Positions 9,408 to 19,400 of a stretch of DNA of 64,000 bases are shown in pieces. Position 1 is the first letter of the stretch. The number at the start of each line of letters is the position of its first letter. The position numbers were made by a program, and so were the translations under genes. The notes beneath the pieces were generated by a model. The model saw nothing but the letters and a program-made list of their open reading frames with translations. It had not been told where the DNA came from and ran no database searches. Source of the stretch: Candidatus Thalassarchaeaceae archaeon (GTDB taxonomy: Archaea; Thermoplasmatota; Poseidoniia; Poseidoniales; Thalassarchaeaceae); assembly GCA_045568075.1 (NCBI GenBank), contig JBJLBP010000001.1, positions 377,232 to 441,231 of the forward strand, read 5' to 3'.

Positions 9408-11603
9408 ATGGCGAGTAGCGTGTCCATTTCTGATTTCGACGAAGTCTATCGGGCACGCAGAATTCCTGCAATTGCCCTCCTTTTGCCGCTTTTACTATCC
9501 GTGGCTGCTCCAATTGCTATGGTGGCCCCTGTATCAGCTCAAGAGCCTGAAACGGGGCTTACACCCGAAGAAATCTGGTCATCAGAGTATGTGAATCAGA
9601 TATTCCCCTGGGGTCCACACGGTGATTTCGAACAACTTCAGTTCCGTGAGTATCACGACTACTTCTCAATGAAAGAGAGGATGCAGACTTTGGCTGCCTA
9701 CTACCCAGAATTCCTCCAGTTCCACGAAGGTCTTCTCGGCGGAGTAAACGCTCGTGGTGATGAAATGACATCTACTGAATACGAAGGCTGGTACTACAAC
9801 CACCCAAGTCCATGGATGAAGATTACCGGTAATGTTCAGGGTGGCGAGTACAATGAATACAATGATGACGATGGGAATTACGCTGATCGCCCAGATGTCA
9901 TGTTGGTCGGAAACCACCACGCTCGCGAGTGGATGTCCTACGAGGTACCGATGTTCTTCCTCGAAACTGTGGCGTTCTACTATGGTAAGGCGGCCATCGA
10001 CAATGATGGCGACGGCTTGCTAGACGAAGACGGCTGGGATGGAATTGACAACGATGGCGATTGTCTAAGTTTGAATTTATCAGCCCAAGATTACAACGGA
10101 GACGGCATCAATTGTGGTCCGGGAGACCTTGGCGTCGACGAAGACTTCTCTGAACAATTCATCACCGACATGGTCAACACTCGCGAAATTTACCTAATAC
10201 CAATGCTCAATGTCGATGGTAACCGCTACGACAGAGAAGAATACTGTGGCGAGACTGCTTGGGAGAATTGTAGAACTTCTGGTTGGAGAAAGAACCTACG
10301 TGACAATACGGTTACTGGTGTGACTCCAATTCCAGATGTTGATGAGCAAGTCGATCCATCCTGCGATGGAGTCGATTTGAACCGCAATTATCAGTTTGAG
10401 TGGGGAGCACCACTCGGAGCGACCGGACCTCTATTCCCTGGAATGTGTTATGCTGGAGAAGCCGGAGCAAACAACGACGTCTACAATGGTCCGGTCAATT
10501 ACGAAGATAACGATGGAGATGGTCTAGTCAATGAGGATCACGTCGACGGCAAGGACGACGATGCTGATGGTCAGACTGACGAAGATTGGATGGGTGGCAA
10601 TAGTGAGCCTGAGACCAAGTTCATCCAAGATCTGACTGAGATGAACGACGACGACGGAGACGGAGCTTCCGACTTCAAGTCCACACTTACATGGCATTCC
10701 TTCTCAGAACTTGTCTTGTGGCCATGGGGGCACTGCACGAATTGTGACAATCCTGACCAAGAATATCTCGAATACCATGGATACATGATGGGAGACATGA
10801 CTGAATACGCACCAATGCAGTCATCCGATCTCTACCCAACGACAGGCGATTTCTGCGATTGGCACTACGGCGTACACAACTCCTACTGCTATACAATCGA
10901 AATCGGCAATGCCTTCCACGAATACCCCGAGGATATTGCTCACATCGCCGTCAGAAACCTCGGCGTTCCGTTCTATATGATTGAGATTGCAGACGATCCA
11001 AGATATCGAGCCATAGTAGGGATAGAGAATACCACCTCGACACAATGGCTTGAGGAACCAAGCAATGTCACAGTTCCATCCAATGGCGACATACCAATCT
11101 CAATGTGTCTAGACAAGGCCTTCCCCTTCACTCCAGATATCAATCGTACACATCTAATGTGGAGATTCGTCGAGCCGAATAGACAACAGAATGACTACGG
11201 TCCAACTGAGTGGATCGATGTGCCATGGAGTATGTCGGCATTCATGGAGCCAGGAGAGCAGTGTATACTGCTCGATGGTTCCAATGGGACTAGGCTTGAG
11301 AGCTACATTCCACTACCTGACACATCTGTCGGTAAAATTCAGTACAAAGCAAAATTAGGTACTATAAACGGGGCTTTCCCCTTCACATATCCTGATTCGG
11401 ATACCGCGAATTATTACGAATTGTCGATTCCTTATCGTGCACCATTCGGCTCGGGAGTCTTTGCTCTACTAATGTTCGCCTTCATCGCGACGATGGTCTG
11501 GGGTGGACTGGGTTTCACACTACGCGCTATGTTCGATGATGAAGGCGGAGTGCTCGGATTACCTGAGGATCATAGCCACCTCGTCGACGAGGAGGACTCC
11601 TGA
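9408..11603 (+). CDS. Secreted/membrane-anchored M14 zinc carboxypeptidase with inserted Asp-rich calcium-binding-type repeats.
   Basis: M14 motifs HAREW (HxxE), GVDLNRNY and TWHSFSELVLWPWG are present. Three DxDxDG-like clusters (DNDGDGLLDEDGWDGIDNDGDC..., NDGDGLVNEDHVDGKDDDADGQTDED, NDDDGDGASD) are inserted. The N-terminal signal has an RR motif and there is a C-terminal hydrophobic anchor. Confidence 0.8.
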   Translation: MASSVSISDFDEVYRARRIPAIALLLPLLLSVAAPIAMVAPVSAQEPETGLTPEEIWSSEYVNQIFPWGPHGDFEQLQFREYHDYFSMKERMQTLAAYYPEFLQFHEGLLGGVNARGDEMTSTEYEGWYYNHPSPWMKITGNVQGGEYNEYNDDDGNYADRPDVMLVGNHHAREWMSYEVPMFFLETVAFYYGKAAIDNDGDGLLDEDGWDGIDNDGDCLSLNLSAQDYNGDGINCGPGDLGVDEDFSEQFITDMVNTREIYLIPMLNVDGNRYDREEYCGETAWENCRTSGWRKNLRDNTVTGVTPIPDVDEQVDPSCDGVDLNRNYQFEWGAPLGATGPLFPGMCYAGEAGANNDVYNGPVNYEDNDGDGLVNEDHVDGKDDDADGQTDEDWMGGNSEPETKFIQDLTEMNDDDGDGASDFKSTLTWHSFSELVLWPWGHCTNCDNPDQEYLEYHGYMMGDMTEYAPMQSSDLYPTTGDFCDWHYGVHNSYCYTIEIGNAFHEYPEDIAHIAVRNLGVPFYMIEIADDPRYRAIVGIENTTSTQWLEEPSNVTVPSNGDIPISMCLDKAFPFTPDINRTHLMWRFVEPNRQQNDYGPTEWIDVPWSMSAFMEPGEQCILLDGSNGTRLESYIPLPDTSVGKIQYKAKLGTINGAFPFTYPDSDTANYYELSIPYRAPFGSGVFALLMFAFIATMVWGGLGFTLRAMFDDEGGVLGLPEDHSHLVDEEDS

Positions 11604-13408
11604 TGTCCGAGGGTGGATCCGACGAATTTAGTGGACGCCTTGGGCTGATTTTCGCTACCATCGGTGCCGCTATCGGCACCGGTAACATCTGGCGCTTTCC
11701 AAGGATGGTCGGTGCCAACGGTGGCGGTTCCTTCCTAGTTCCGTGGGTCATCTTCCTCTTTCTTTGGTCGGTGCCGCTGATTATCGCCGAGTTCGCACTC
11801 GGAAAGCGAAGTCGCACTGGAACTGTTGGAACATTCCGTATCTTCGCAGGCAATCGCTTCGCTTGGATGGGGCTTTGGACAGCCTGGATTTCGACCGCTA
11901 TTGGATTCTATTACGCGGTCGTGACAGGCTGGTGTATCAATTACTTCCAGACCGCTATCCGTGGTGGTCTCGGCTCAGAGGTCGATACCGTCGAAGTCTG
12001 GAATTCCTTCCTCAACAATCCCCTCGAAGTCGTCTTCTTCCAAGCGATCGCTGTTGCCATCACAATGCTCGCCATCTGGAAGGGTGCGAAGGCCATCGAG
12101 AAGGTCAACGTCGGCCTGATGATTTCGCTCTTCGTTCTCCTCTTCGCTGCCCTCTTCCTCGCCTTCGTGATGGACTTAGATGACGGTAGCCTCGACGGCT
12201 TCGTCTACATGTTCAGCATCCAACCAGAATATCTCATGCAGCCGGAGACTTGGATTAACGGCCTCTCGCAATCAGCATGGTCCTGTTCGGCCGGAATGGG
12301 TATGGCGATTACTTACTCTGTCTATATGCGTAAGGACGAGGATACTACTCTGAACGCGGCGACGATGTGCCTTGCCAACAATAGCATCTCCATCATCGCT
12401 GGCCTCACCGTTATGATGGCAGTTTTCGCTGTGGTCGACGACCCCCTTGCAGCGGTAAGCGGAGGCTCCAGTGCAATCACCTTCCTCGTGCTCCCTGAAG
12501 TGTTCGCACAGGCACCAGGCGGTCCAATCGTTCAGTTGACGATGGTGACGATGTTCTTCCTCGCACTTTCCTTCGCTGCCCTCACATCGATGATTTCCAC
12601 CGTCGAACTATGTGTTCGCAACTTCGTCGATCACGGAATCGACCGCCCAAAGGCGGTCGGCTTCACTTCCATCGCAATTTTCCTCTTCGGTCTACCAAGT
12701 GCAGGGTTGTGGATATTGGTTGACGATTCGACCGGTGTGGTATTCCCTCAATTCCTCGAGGTGCAGGATCACATCTGGGGCTATGGCCTAATGTTCAGCG
12801 GACTGTTCATCGCTTACTCGATTTGGAAGTACGGATGGAACCGCTACCGAGTTTGGCAAGAAGAGAATGATATCGAAGGCTTTGATTTCCGCGATTACCT
12901 CGATCATGGAGTGTCCTCATTCCGCGACGATTTCATCAATACCGGAGACAATGATTGGTGGATTGGAAAGTGGTGGGATTACATCATGTATCTCGGATTC
13001 CCACTAATGTTCAGCGTCCTCATCCTCTCCTACTTTGGCGACATGCTCATCAATGTCGAAAACCCCTGGGATCCGACTAACGCTAACGGAATCTCGATCA
13101 TTCTGCTTTTCTGGGGTGTAACGGCAGGACTGTTCATCGGTCTCAACCGCTACATCCTCGTCAATCGCATGGTTCCGACGACCGATGATTTCTGGCTTCT
13201 AGCAATTCTATCTGGAAATTACAGACTTGAGCCGCGCCCGCTCTACAGAAATGTCCCTGAGGGCGCGGAAGTATCAATCGAAACTCTTCCCGGTGGCGAG
13301 GACCCATACATCGTCCAAGCTGGAGATAAATTGCCAGCCACTTTCGTGGATGATTATGGGGAGACGAGGTCGCACACTGGTGCGACCCTCGATGCAGAAA
13401 TCGTCTGA
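11603..13408 (+). CDS. Sodium-dependent transporter, neurotransmitter:sodium symporter (NSS/SNF) family.
   Basis: GNIWRFPRMVGANGGGSFLVPW is the NSS TM1 signature; about 12 TM helices; the start ATG overlaps the upstream TGA (TGATG). Confidence 0.85.
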   Translation: MSEGGSDEFSGRLGLIFATIGAAIGTGNIWRFPRMVGANGGGSFLVPWVIFLFLWSVPLIIAEFALGKRSRTGTVGTFRIFAGNRFAWMGLWTAWISTAIGFYYAVVTGWCINYFQTAIRGGLGSEVDTVEVWNSFLNNPLEVVFFQAIAVAITMLAIWKGAKAIEKVNVGLMISLFVLLFAALFLAFVMDLDDGSLDGFVYMFSIQPEYLMQPETWINGLSQSAWSCSAGMGMAITYSVYMRKDEDTTLNAATMCLANNSISIIAGLTVMMAVFAVVDDPLAAVSGGSSAITFLVLPEVFAQAPGGPIVQLTMVTMFFLALSFAALTSMISTVELCVRNFVDHGIDRPKAVGFTSIAIFLFGLPSAGLWILVDDSTGVVFPQFLEVQDHIWGYGLMFSGLFIAYSIWKYGWNRYRVWQEENDIEGFDFRDYLDHGVSSFRDDFINTGDNDWWIGKWWDYIMYLGFPLMFSVLILSYFGDMLINVENPWDPTNANGISIILLFWGVTAGLFIGLNRYILVNRMVPTTDDFWLLAILSGNYRLEPRPLYRNVPEGAEVSIETLPGGEDPYIVQAGDKLPATFVDDYGETRSHTGATLDAEIV

Positions 13409-13417
13409 GGGAATCAA

Positions 13418-13891
13418 TTGCTGGTCAGCGATGATTATCCTTGGTCAAAGTTGCTTCTTGAGTACGCGATGTATTGTGCTGTTGGCTGCATCAATGTGGC
13501 AATCTTCGCGGCCCTCTACTACTGGCTTCACGGGATGACTCTCTCAGAAAGTTTCCCAGCGGCTACCGCTTGGGCTATCGCCTACTTCGTAAGCTCCTGG
13601 CAGGCGCACTTCCTACATCGTTGGCTAACCTTTGAATCACCAACTGGTTACACCAAAAGCCTCTCTATAATGCTGGTAATCTATACCGTTCTGTGGGCCA
13701 TCTCAACTGCCTCTATAGCCTACTTCAGCGATACCCTCGGCTACAATCACATCTACACATGGGCAGCCAACACAGCCGCTTTCGGCTTCTTCGCTTTCCT
13801 CGCACTGCGTATCTTCGCTTTCCCGCTGTCCGATGGACGTGTTACTCGCTCAGAACGGCTCGAAGCCTATCGCGATAGCCGTAGGTCTTGA
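13418..13891 (+). CDS. GtrA-like small multipass membrane protein.
   Basis: Four TM helices of about 130-157 aa with a VGxxNxxxF pattern at the first helix (CAVGCINVAIFAALYY). Confidence 0.45.
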   Translation: MLVSDDYPWSKLLLEYAMYCAVGCINVAIFAALYYWLHGMTLSESFPAATAWAIAYFVSSWQAHFLHRWLTFESPTGYTKSLSIMLVIYTVLWAISTASIAYFSDTLGYNHIYTWAANTAAFGFFAFLALRIFAFPLSDGRVTRSERLEAYRDSRRS

Positions 13892-13917
13892 AGAACAATC
13901 GGCTGCCCCTCGACGCT

Positions 13918-15174
13918 ATGGCTCAGGGAGTTCGTGGCACGCGCGACTTCTATCCAGATGATATGCGCGTGCGCAACTGGCTCTTCGAGAGATTTCACTC
14001 GGCTGCACGTGCGCACGGGTTTGAGGAGTACGATGCTCCTGTGCTCGAGAGTGAGGATTTGTACACGCGCAAGGCAGGAGAGGAGATTGTCGGCCAGTTG
14101 TACAATTTTGAGGATAAAGGCGGGCGACGAGTAGCACTCCGGCCCGAGATGACGCCCTCGCTGGCAAGAATGGTAATGGCGAGGGCGGGCGCTTTGGCGC
14201 TCCCTATCAAGTGGTATTCGATCCCCCAGTGCTGGCGTTACGAGAGGACTCAGAGAGGACGTGGACGTGAGCACTACCAGTGGAATGTAGATGTCTGGGG
14301 GATGGATGGTGTCGAGGCCGATGCAGAACTTCTCTCCGTACTGGCACATTTCTTCGGCTCGGTCGGGCTCAGCTCAGAGGATTTGGTTATTCGAATCAGC
14401 AGTCGCAAGGTGCTTGAAGAGGTTCTAGGCTCACTCGGAATCGAGGGTGATACCTTCGCTAAGACTTGTGTTATTGTCGATAAAATGGATAAGCTTCCTG
14501 CTGATGCTATCGAGGCGCAGTTGGCTGAATTAGGACTTTCTTCCGATGCAACTTCAAAGATTCGTTCCGTCCTCGGTCTAACCGATTTGGAGGCTCTCGC
14601 TTCAGCTCTTGGTGGTGAGAGTGCGGCAGTAGTCGAATTAGGCGCGCTGTTCGCTCTGTGTGATTCCTACGGCATTTCTGATTGGGTTGCCTTCGATGCC
14701 TCGGTGGTTCGTGGGCTTGCTTACTACACCGGCCCTGTATTCGAGGCTCACGACCGGGCCGGCAAGCTTCGTGCGATTGTCGGTGGAGGTCGCTATGACA
14801 AGTTGATTGGAACTCTCGGTGGAAAGGACTTGCCCGCCACTGGCTTCGGCTTCGGGGACATGGTAGTGATGGAACTCCTCGCCGAGAAAGGATTGGTTCC
14901 TGATCTGTCTTTGGGTGTCGAAGATGTGGTCTTCGGAATGGGGTCTGAATTACGTGGGCCTGCGATGCAGGTTGCTGGGCGATTGCGCTCTAGTGGTCGG
15001 AGCGTAGATTTGGTTCTTGAAGACAAGAAAATGAAGTGGGTCTTCAAGCACGCTGAACGATGTGGTGCGGCCCGACTCGTGATGGTAATGCCCGATGAAT
15101 GGGCCGCTGGAAATGTGCGCATCAAAAATCTCGATACTGGTGAAGAGTCGACAGTCTCAGTCGAAGATCTTTGA
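13918..15174 (+). CDS. hisS: Histidyl-tRNA synthetase.
   Basis: GTRDFYPDD (motif 1 region) and the RYERTQRGRGREHYQWNVDVWG class II motif 2. The ORF track starts at TTG 13888; ATG 13918 (MAQGVRGTRDF) fits the conserved HisRS N-terminus. Confidence 0.9.
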   Translation: MAQGVRGTRDFYPDDMRVRNWLFERFHSAARAHGFEEYDAPVLESEDLYTRKAGEEIVGQLYNFEDKGGRRVALRPEMTPSLARMVMARAGALALPIKWYSIPQCWRYERTQRGRGREHYQWNVDVWGMDGVEADAELLSVLAHFFGSVGLSSEDLVIRISSRKVLEEVLGSLGIEGDTFAKTCVIVDKMDKLPADAIEAQLAELGLSSDATSKIRSVLGLTDLEALASALGGESAAVVELGALFALCDSYGISDWVAFDASVVRGLAYYTGPVFEAHDRAGKLRAIVGGGRYDKLIGTLGGKDLPATGFGFGDMVVMELLAEKGLVPDLSLGVEDVVFGMGSELRGPAMQVAGRLRSSGRSVDLVLEDKKMKWVFKHAERCGAARLVMVMPDEWAAGNVRIKNLDTGEESTVSVEDL

Positions 15175-15206
15175 ACCGCTCGAGGAACTCGTCCGAATTG
15201 GCGAAT

Positions 15207-16028
15207 TCACTCTTTTCGCTCAAAGCGACTAGCACCGATTGCTGCCATCGCAAGTGCGCCCAGTCCGGCTGCGAGTCCGAATCCGGGTAGAGCATCATCG
15301 ACTGCTCCACCTATTCCACCATCATCGCCGCCATTTCCCGGTCCTACATCTGAGGCATTGATTACAGGGAAGTTTGCTTCTACTGAGTAATTATCCTCGT
15401 TATTTGAGTAGAACATAGTGAATTCTCCAGTGCAATCGAAAATCAAACATTCAATGCCACTAATACCCGGTGCAGAGTACTCAATTCGCACTACTGGTTC
15501 TTCTCCACTCTTGTTCCAACGATACATTGTTTCATTGACTGGAATATTCCATTGTATGGTAAAGTCCTCGTAATTATTTACAGTCTCAACAGATTTGACA
15601 AATTGAGAAATATCCATGGTTCCTCTAGACAATGTGATGGTCAAATCCTTGCATTCAGATGTATCAGTGCAATCAGCAGAATATATTCTGAATGACATTT
15701 CTACTGTGATTGTTCCATTTTCATTGATGTACATATCTTCCTTGAAGGTCTCACCAGATTGGATACGACAAGAAATGTCAACCTCAACCTGTGTTCCTTG
15801 AGAGAATTCCTTCATGCCATAGCCCTCTGATGCCGACCCCGCCGAGTCATTGACATCGAAGTGAGTCCAGCACTGATCCAATTGACTGGTTCCCCAGAAA
15901 TGCATGTGTGGGTTTTCCACCGAGGGCTGCTTCGGATCATCCGCTTGGGCGCTGGCTGGTGCAGCGATAGTTCCGCATGCTAGAATGAGCACGAGGCCAA
16001 GAGCCTGAATCCTGCGACTACCCTGCAT
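15207..16028 (-). CDS. Secreted protein with a PGF-CTERM archaeosortase sorting signal; lower GC than its surroundings.
   Basis: N-terminal signal peptide. C-terminal Gly/Asp-rich linker, then PGFGLAAGLGALAMAAIG and basic RFERKE, matching the PGF-CTERM tripartite architecture. Confidence 0.6.
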   Translation of the reverse strand: MQGSRRIQALGLVLILACGTIAAPASAQADDPKQPSVENPHMHFWGTSQLDQCWTHFDVNDSAGSASEGYGMKEFSQGTQVEVDISCRIQSGETFKEDMYINENGTITVEMSFRIYSADCTDTSECKDLTITLSRGTMDISQFVKSVETVNNYEDFTIQWNIPVNETMYRWNKSGEEPVVRIEYSAPGISGIECLIFDCTGEFTMFYSNNEDNYSVEANFPVINASDVGPGNGGDDGGIGGAVDDALPGFGLAAGLGALAMAAIGASRFERKE

Positions 16029-16112
16029 GAATCGCTCTCAATGTGAATCCGGTTTGAGGCTTTGCACGATTCGACAGCACGTTAGCGCGAGAAATTGAGC
16101 ATATTCACCTGC

Positions 16113-17258
16113 TCAGTCGAAGCGTTGTAGATTGCCGCCTTCACGGTGTTTTCCGTGACGTGCGATGTTGAGAGCGTCGCCGAGCATATCAGCACTCATC
16201 ATCTCTCTATCGAGTCTTTCAGAGGCGACGCCAGTAATGATCGACATTACCTTGATTGTATCTCCAAATGCTGGGTCTTGACGCGCGCCGAAGATGACGT
16301 TAGCATCGGGTGATAGGCGCGCAGTCATCAGGTCACAGACCTGATTTGCTTGTTCAAGAGTCATGTAAGGGCCACCAGTTACGTGGATGAGTGCACCCGT
16401 CGCCCCGTCTATTTCGATATCGAGAAGTGGATGGTTGAGAGATTCGTGGACTACTTCTTCTGGCCCTTGGTCGCTCTCTCCGTACAACATCATGGTGACT
16501 CCACCTCCCTTCATGATCGCCCGCACATCGGCGAAATCGAGGTTGATTAGACTTGGAAGGGTGATTGTTTCGACGATGCCTTTGACAATTTCAGCAATGA
16601 GCTGATCCATGATTGAAAAGGCCTCGTCGAGAGGCAGATTTGGCACATAGTGGAGAAGTCGATTATTATCGAGGACGAGGACTGCATCTGCTGCTTTTCG
16701 CAGCAGGTCAAGGCCCTCGAGAGCGCGCTGCATGCGCATACGGCGCTCGACGGAGAATGGAGTTGTGACAATCGCTACGACGAGCGCCCCAGAGCGCTTT
16801 GCCTCTTCAGCGACTATTGGCGCGATACCAGTACCGGTCCCACCGCCCAATCCGGCGGTGACGAATACGAGGTCAGCCCCCGAGACGATCCTAGTGATGA
16901 CATCGCGTCCGGCCTCCGCACAGCGGCGGCCAGTGACTGGGTCGCCACCCGCACCTAATCCGCGAGTAATGTGACGACCAACCAGCAGTTTCTGCTGCGC
17001 ACGCGTGTGGTCGAGGTGCTGCTTATCGGTGTTGATTGCGACTGTGATAGCGCCCTCAACTCCAATGTGCGTGATACGATTCATCGTGTTATTGCCCGAG
17101 CCGCCGCAACCACATACGAGAATGCGCGGATCGGGTGGTCCAAAGGCCTCGAGTTCACGATCTGTTAGAGCGGTTGGAATCCTTCCAGTAGCAGTACTTG
17201 CAGAACTTCCGCTCAACCCTGATGACGAACCGTCCCCCATCCCGTGTCCTCCGTGCAT
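16113..17258 (-). CDS. ftsZ: FtsZ-type tubulin-like GTPase.
   Basis: GGSGNNTMNRI (G-box), AINTDKQHL, GLGAGGDPVTG, the tubulin signature GGGTGTG, and the T7-loop region. Confidence 0.8.
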   Translation of the reverse strand: MHGGHGMGDGSSSGLSGSSASTATGRIPTALTDRELEAFGPPDPRILVCGCGGSGNNTMNRITHIGVEGAITVAINTDKQHLDHTRAQQKLLVGRHITRGLGAGGDPVTGRRCAEAGRDVITRIVSGADLVFVTAGLGGGTGTGIAPIVAEEAKRSGALVVAIVTTPFSVERRMRMQRALEGLDLLRKAADAVLVLDNNRLLHYVPNLPLDEAFSIMDQLIAEIVKGIVETITLPSLINLDFADVRAIMKGGGVTMMLYGESDQGPEEVVHESLNHPLLDIEIDGATGALIHVTGGPYMTLEQANQVCDLMTARLSPDANVIFGARQDPAFGDTIKVMSIITGVASERLDREMMSADMLGDALNIARHGKHREGGNLQRFD

Positions 17259-17384
17259 CCCTTGGCAGTACGCCTTACGTCAGCGAAGTGTCATTTCGGC
17301 CTTCTTAACCGTTGAGGGGGGTAAAGGGGGTTGCACCGTGATTATCGGAGTGAAGGTGTTTAGCCGGAAGCCCTCCGGAAAGCG

Positions 17385-17392
17385 AGATAAAC
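17385..17392 (+). promoter_or_regulatory. TATA-like box (GATAAACA) about 27 nt upstream of the tRNA 5' end, with a purine-rich BRE-like stretch before it.
   Basis: Position and spacing relative to the tRNA acceptor start at 17417 fit the archaeal promoter geometry. Confidence 0.35.
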
Positions 17393-17416
17393 AAGAGGTT
17401 GGTCGAGCAACCCGTA

Positions 17417-17520
17417 CCGCGCTTAGCTCAGTTGGCTAGAGCACCTGACTGTAGACTGGAAACACTTGGTTGTAGGCAGCCATCAGGGGGTCCCCGGTTC
17501 AAGTCCGGGAGCGCGGACCA
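17417..17520 (+). tRNA. tRNA-Tyr (anticodon GTA) with a 27-nt intron at the canonical 37/38 position and a genomically encoded CCA.
   Basis: Manual fold: acceptor CCGCGCT/AGCGCGG (7 bp), D-stem GCTC/GAGC, anticodon stem CCTGA/TCAGG with an intervening 34 nt (CT-GTA-G plus a 27-nt insert plus A), 5-nt variable loop, T-arm CCCGG-TTCAAGT-CCGGG, discriminator A, CCA. Confidence 0.75.
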
Positions 17521-17604
17521 AAGTATTCCCAGTTACTTGGTCAATTACGAACTAAGAACTGAAAAAACAAGAGACTATAACCCTAGCATTTTCGATAGGA
17601 AAGT

Positions 17605-19362
17605 ATGTCGCTTGCACCAACAGAATATGACTATGGAGATGAAAGTAATTACTCGTTTGCCGCCTCGGTGACTTGTTCTGATGAAGAAACAAGAAAAATG
17701 TTCGTCGAGGGTTATGGCCACATGCTAAATTACAACCACGAACAAGCAATTGCCTGTTTCTCTAAGTGCACTGAATTGGACCCAGATTGTGCTATGGCTT
17801 GGTGGGGAATTGCTTACTGCGTATCATCGAACTACAATTGGGAACCTGGACTTGGATCAGGCCATGACGCCATTCAACAGGCGCTGTCTGTAATGGGTCA
17901 CTGTAGCGATTTGGAGCAGGACCTGATCAAGGCACTCTCGACTCGTCACTCCGCTGAGGCTCGAGATGCAGCCGACCCGTCAGTTCTGAACATGGGCAAT
18001 AGTCCTGAATTGAACGTCGCATTCGCAGAAGCCATGGCTCCATTGCACGAAAAATACGCAGGTAATTTGGATGTCACGGCAATATACGTTGAGGCATTGA
18101 TGAATCTAAAGTCGTGGCAGCTTTGGGACAAAAACCCGTCAACTGGAGAAATCACCCCTGCCGATGACAACACATTACTTCTCGTCAAGATAATGGAAGA
18201 CGCATTCCAAGGCAGTGATGAGGCGAAGTCCCATACAGCACTATGTCACCTGTATTGTCACGCACTGGAACTATCCCCATTCCCGGAGAAGGCCCTTCCT
18301 GCGGCCGATATTTTGCGAACTCGTATGCCAGGTTTGGGGCATCTAGTCCACATGCCCTCTCACATCGACGCATGGGTTGGACAGTGGAAGGAAGCGATTG
18401 ATTGCAACATTGCTGCAGTCAAGGCTGATGATCGCTACGTCGAAATTACAGGAAACGAGTCCCAATTTTACAAATTCTATCGCATGCACAATCACCACTT
18501 CATTGTCTGGTGCTCTATGTTTGATGGCCAATATCAAACCGCTCTCAAATACGCCCGTAAGGCTGTCGATACTCTCCCTGCTGGTGATGAGAATGGGGGC
18601 GTTCAGTTCATGTTAGCAGGAATAATCCCAATGGGAGCAATTTTCTTGGAATCCTACGTTACCATGCCTTGGCACGTCATGATTCGATTTGGAAAGTGGG
18701 ATGAAATTCTGGCAGAACAGATGTACACCGATGGGGAAGTATTCCCTGCCACAATCGCCACCCAGCACTATGCTCGAGGCGTAGCTTTCGCTTCCAAAGG
18801 AATGGTACCAGAAGCAGAAGCCGAACAAGAATTGTTCAAGGCGGCACTGGAAAATCCAGCTCTTGCTGGACGAATGATGCATAACAATTTCATGTATCAG
18901 GGACCTTCAGAAGGCCCCTCAATACTGAATGTCAATGATGCAATTCTCGAAGGTGAAATAGAGTACAGAAGGCAATTCCTCGCTAAGAAAAACGGAGAAG
19001 ATTTCGATTTCACCGCGGCATTCAATGAACTTCGCCGAGGCGTGGACCTGTCATTGAACCTGGCTTACAATGAACCTTGGGGACAAATGCAACCAGTTCG
19101 CCACATTCTAGGTGCTCTTCTTCTAGAACAAGGACATGTTGAGGAAGCGGAAGAGGTTTACAGGGCCGATATCGAATTGTGGAAGGACAACATGTGGGGG
19201 CTTCTAGGCCTCAAACTATGTCTAGAGGCTAAGGGAGATTCTGACGAGGAACTTGCAGAGGTTACTGCGTTGTTCAACGAACGAAGTTCTCGTGCAGACA
19301 TCGTACCGGCAAAGACATGTTTCTGTGCTCAAGATGCGTTAGAAGACAACTGCTGTAACTAA
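17605..19362 (+). CDS. TPR-like helical repeat protein (hypothetical, cytoplasmic).
   Basis: 585 aa with repeated helical-hairpin Ala/Trp/Tyr pattern, no signal peptide, CTATAA box about 27 nt upstream of the ATG (leaderless), lower GC. Confidence 0.5.
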   Translation: MSLAPTEYDYGDESNYSFAASVTCSDEETRKMFVEGYGHMLNYNHEQAIACFSKCTELDPDCAMAWWGIAYCVSSNYNWEPGLGSGHDAIQQALSVMGHCSDLEQDLIKALSTRHSAEARDAADPSVLNMGNSPELNVAFAEAMAPLHEKYAGNLDVTAIYVEALMNLKSWQLWDKNPSTGEITPADDNTLLLVKIMEDAFQGSDEAKSHTALCHLYCHALELSPFPEKALPAADILRTRMPGLGHLVHMPSHIDAWVGQWKEAIDCNIAAVKADDRYVEITGNESQFYKFYRMHNHHFIVWCSMFDGQYQTALKYARKAVDTLPAGDENGGVQFMLAGIIPMGAIFLESYVTMPWHVMIRFGKWDEILAEQMYTDGEVFPATIATQHYARGVAFASKGMVPEAEAEQELFKAALENPALAGRMMHNNFMYQGPSEGPSILNVNDAILEGEIEYRRQFLAKKNGEDFDFTAAFNELRRGVDLSLNLAYNEPWGQMQPVRHILGALLLEQGHVEEAEEVYRADIELWKDNMWGLLGLKLCLEAKGDSDEELAEVTALFNERSSRADIVPAKTCFCAQDALEDNCCN

Positions 19363-19400
19363 TCAGAAACAGGAACTGCTCAATGAATGTCGGACTTTGT

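Noticed and set aside
17300-17320. G-runs (GAGGGGGGTAAAGGGGG) upstream of ftsZ as a G-quadruplex or RNA gene
   Set aside because: Only two G-tracts; four are needed for a G4; no flanking structure.
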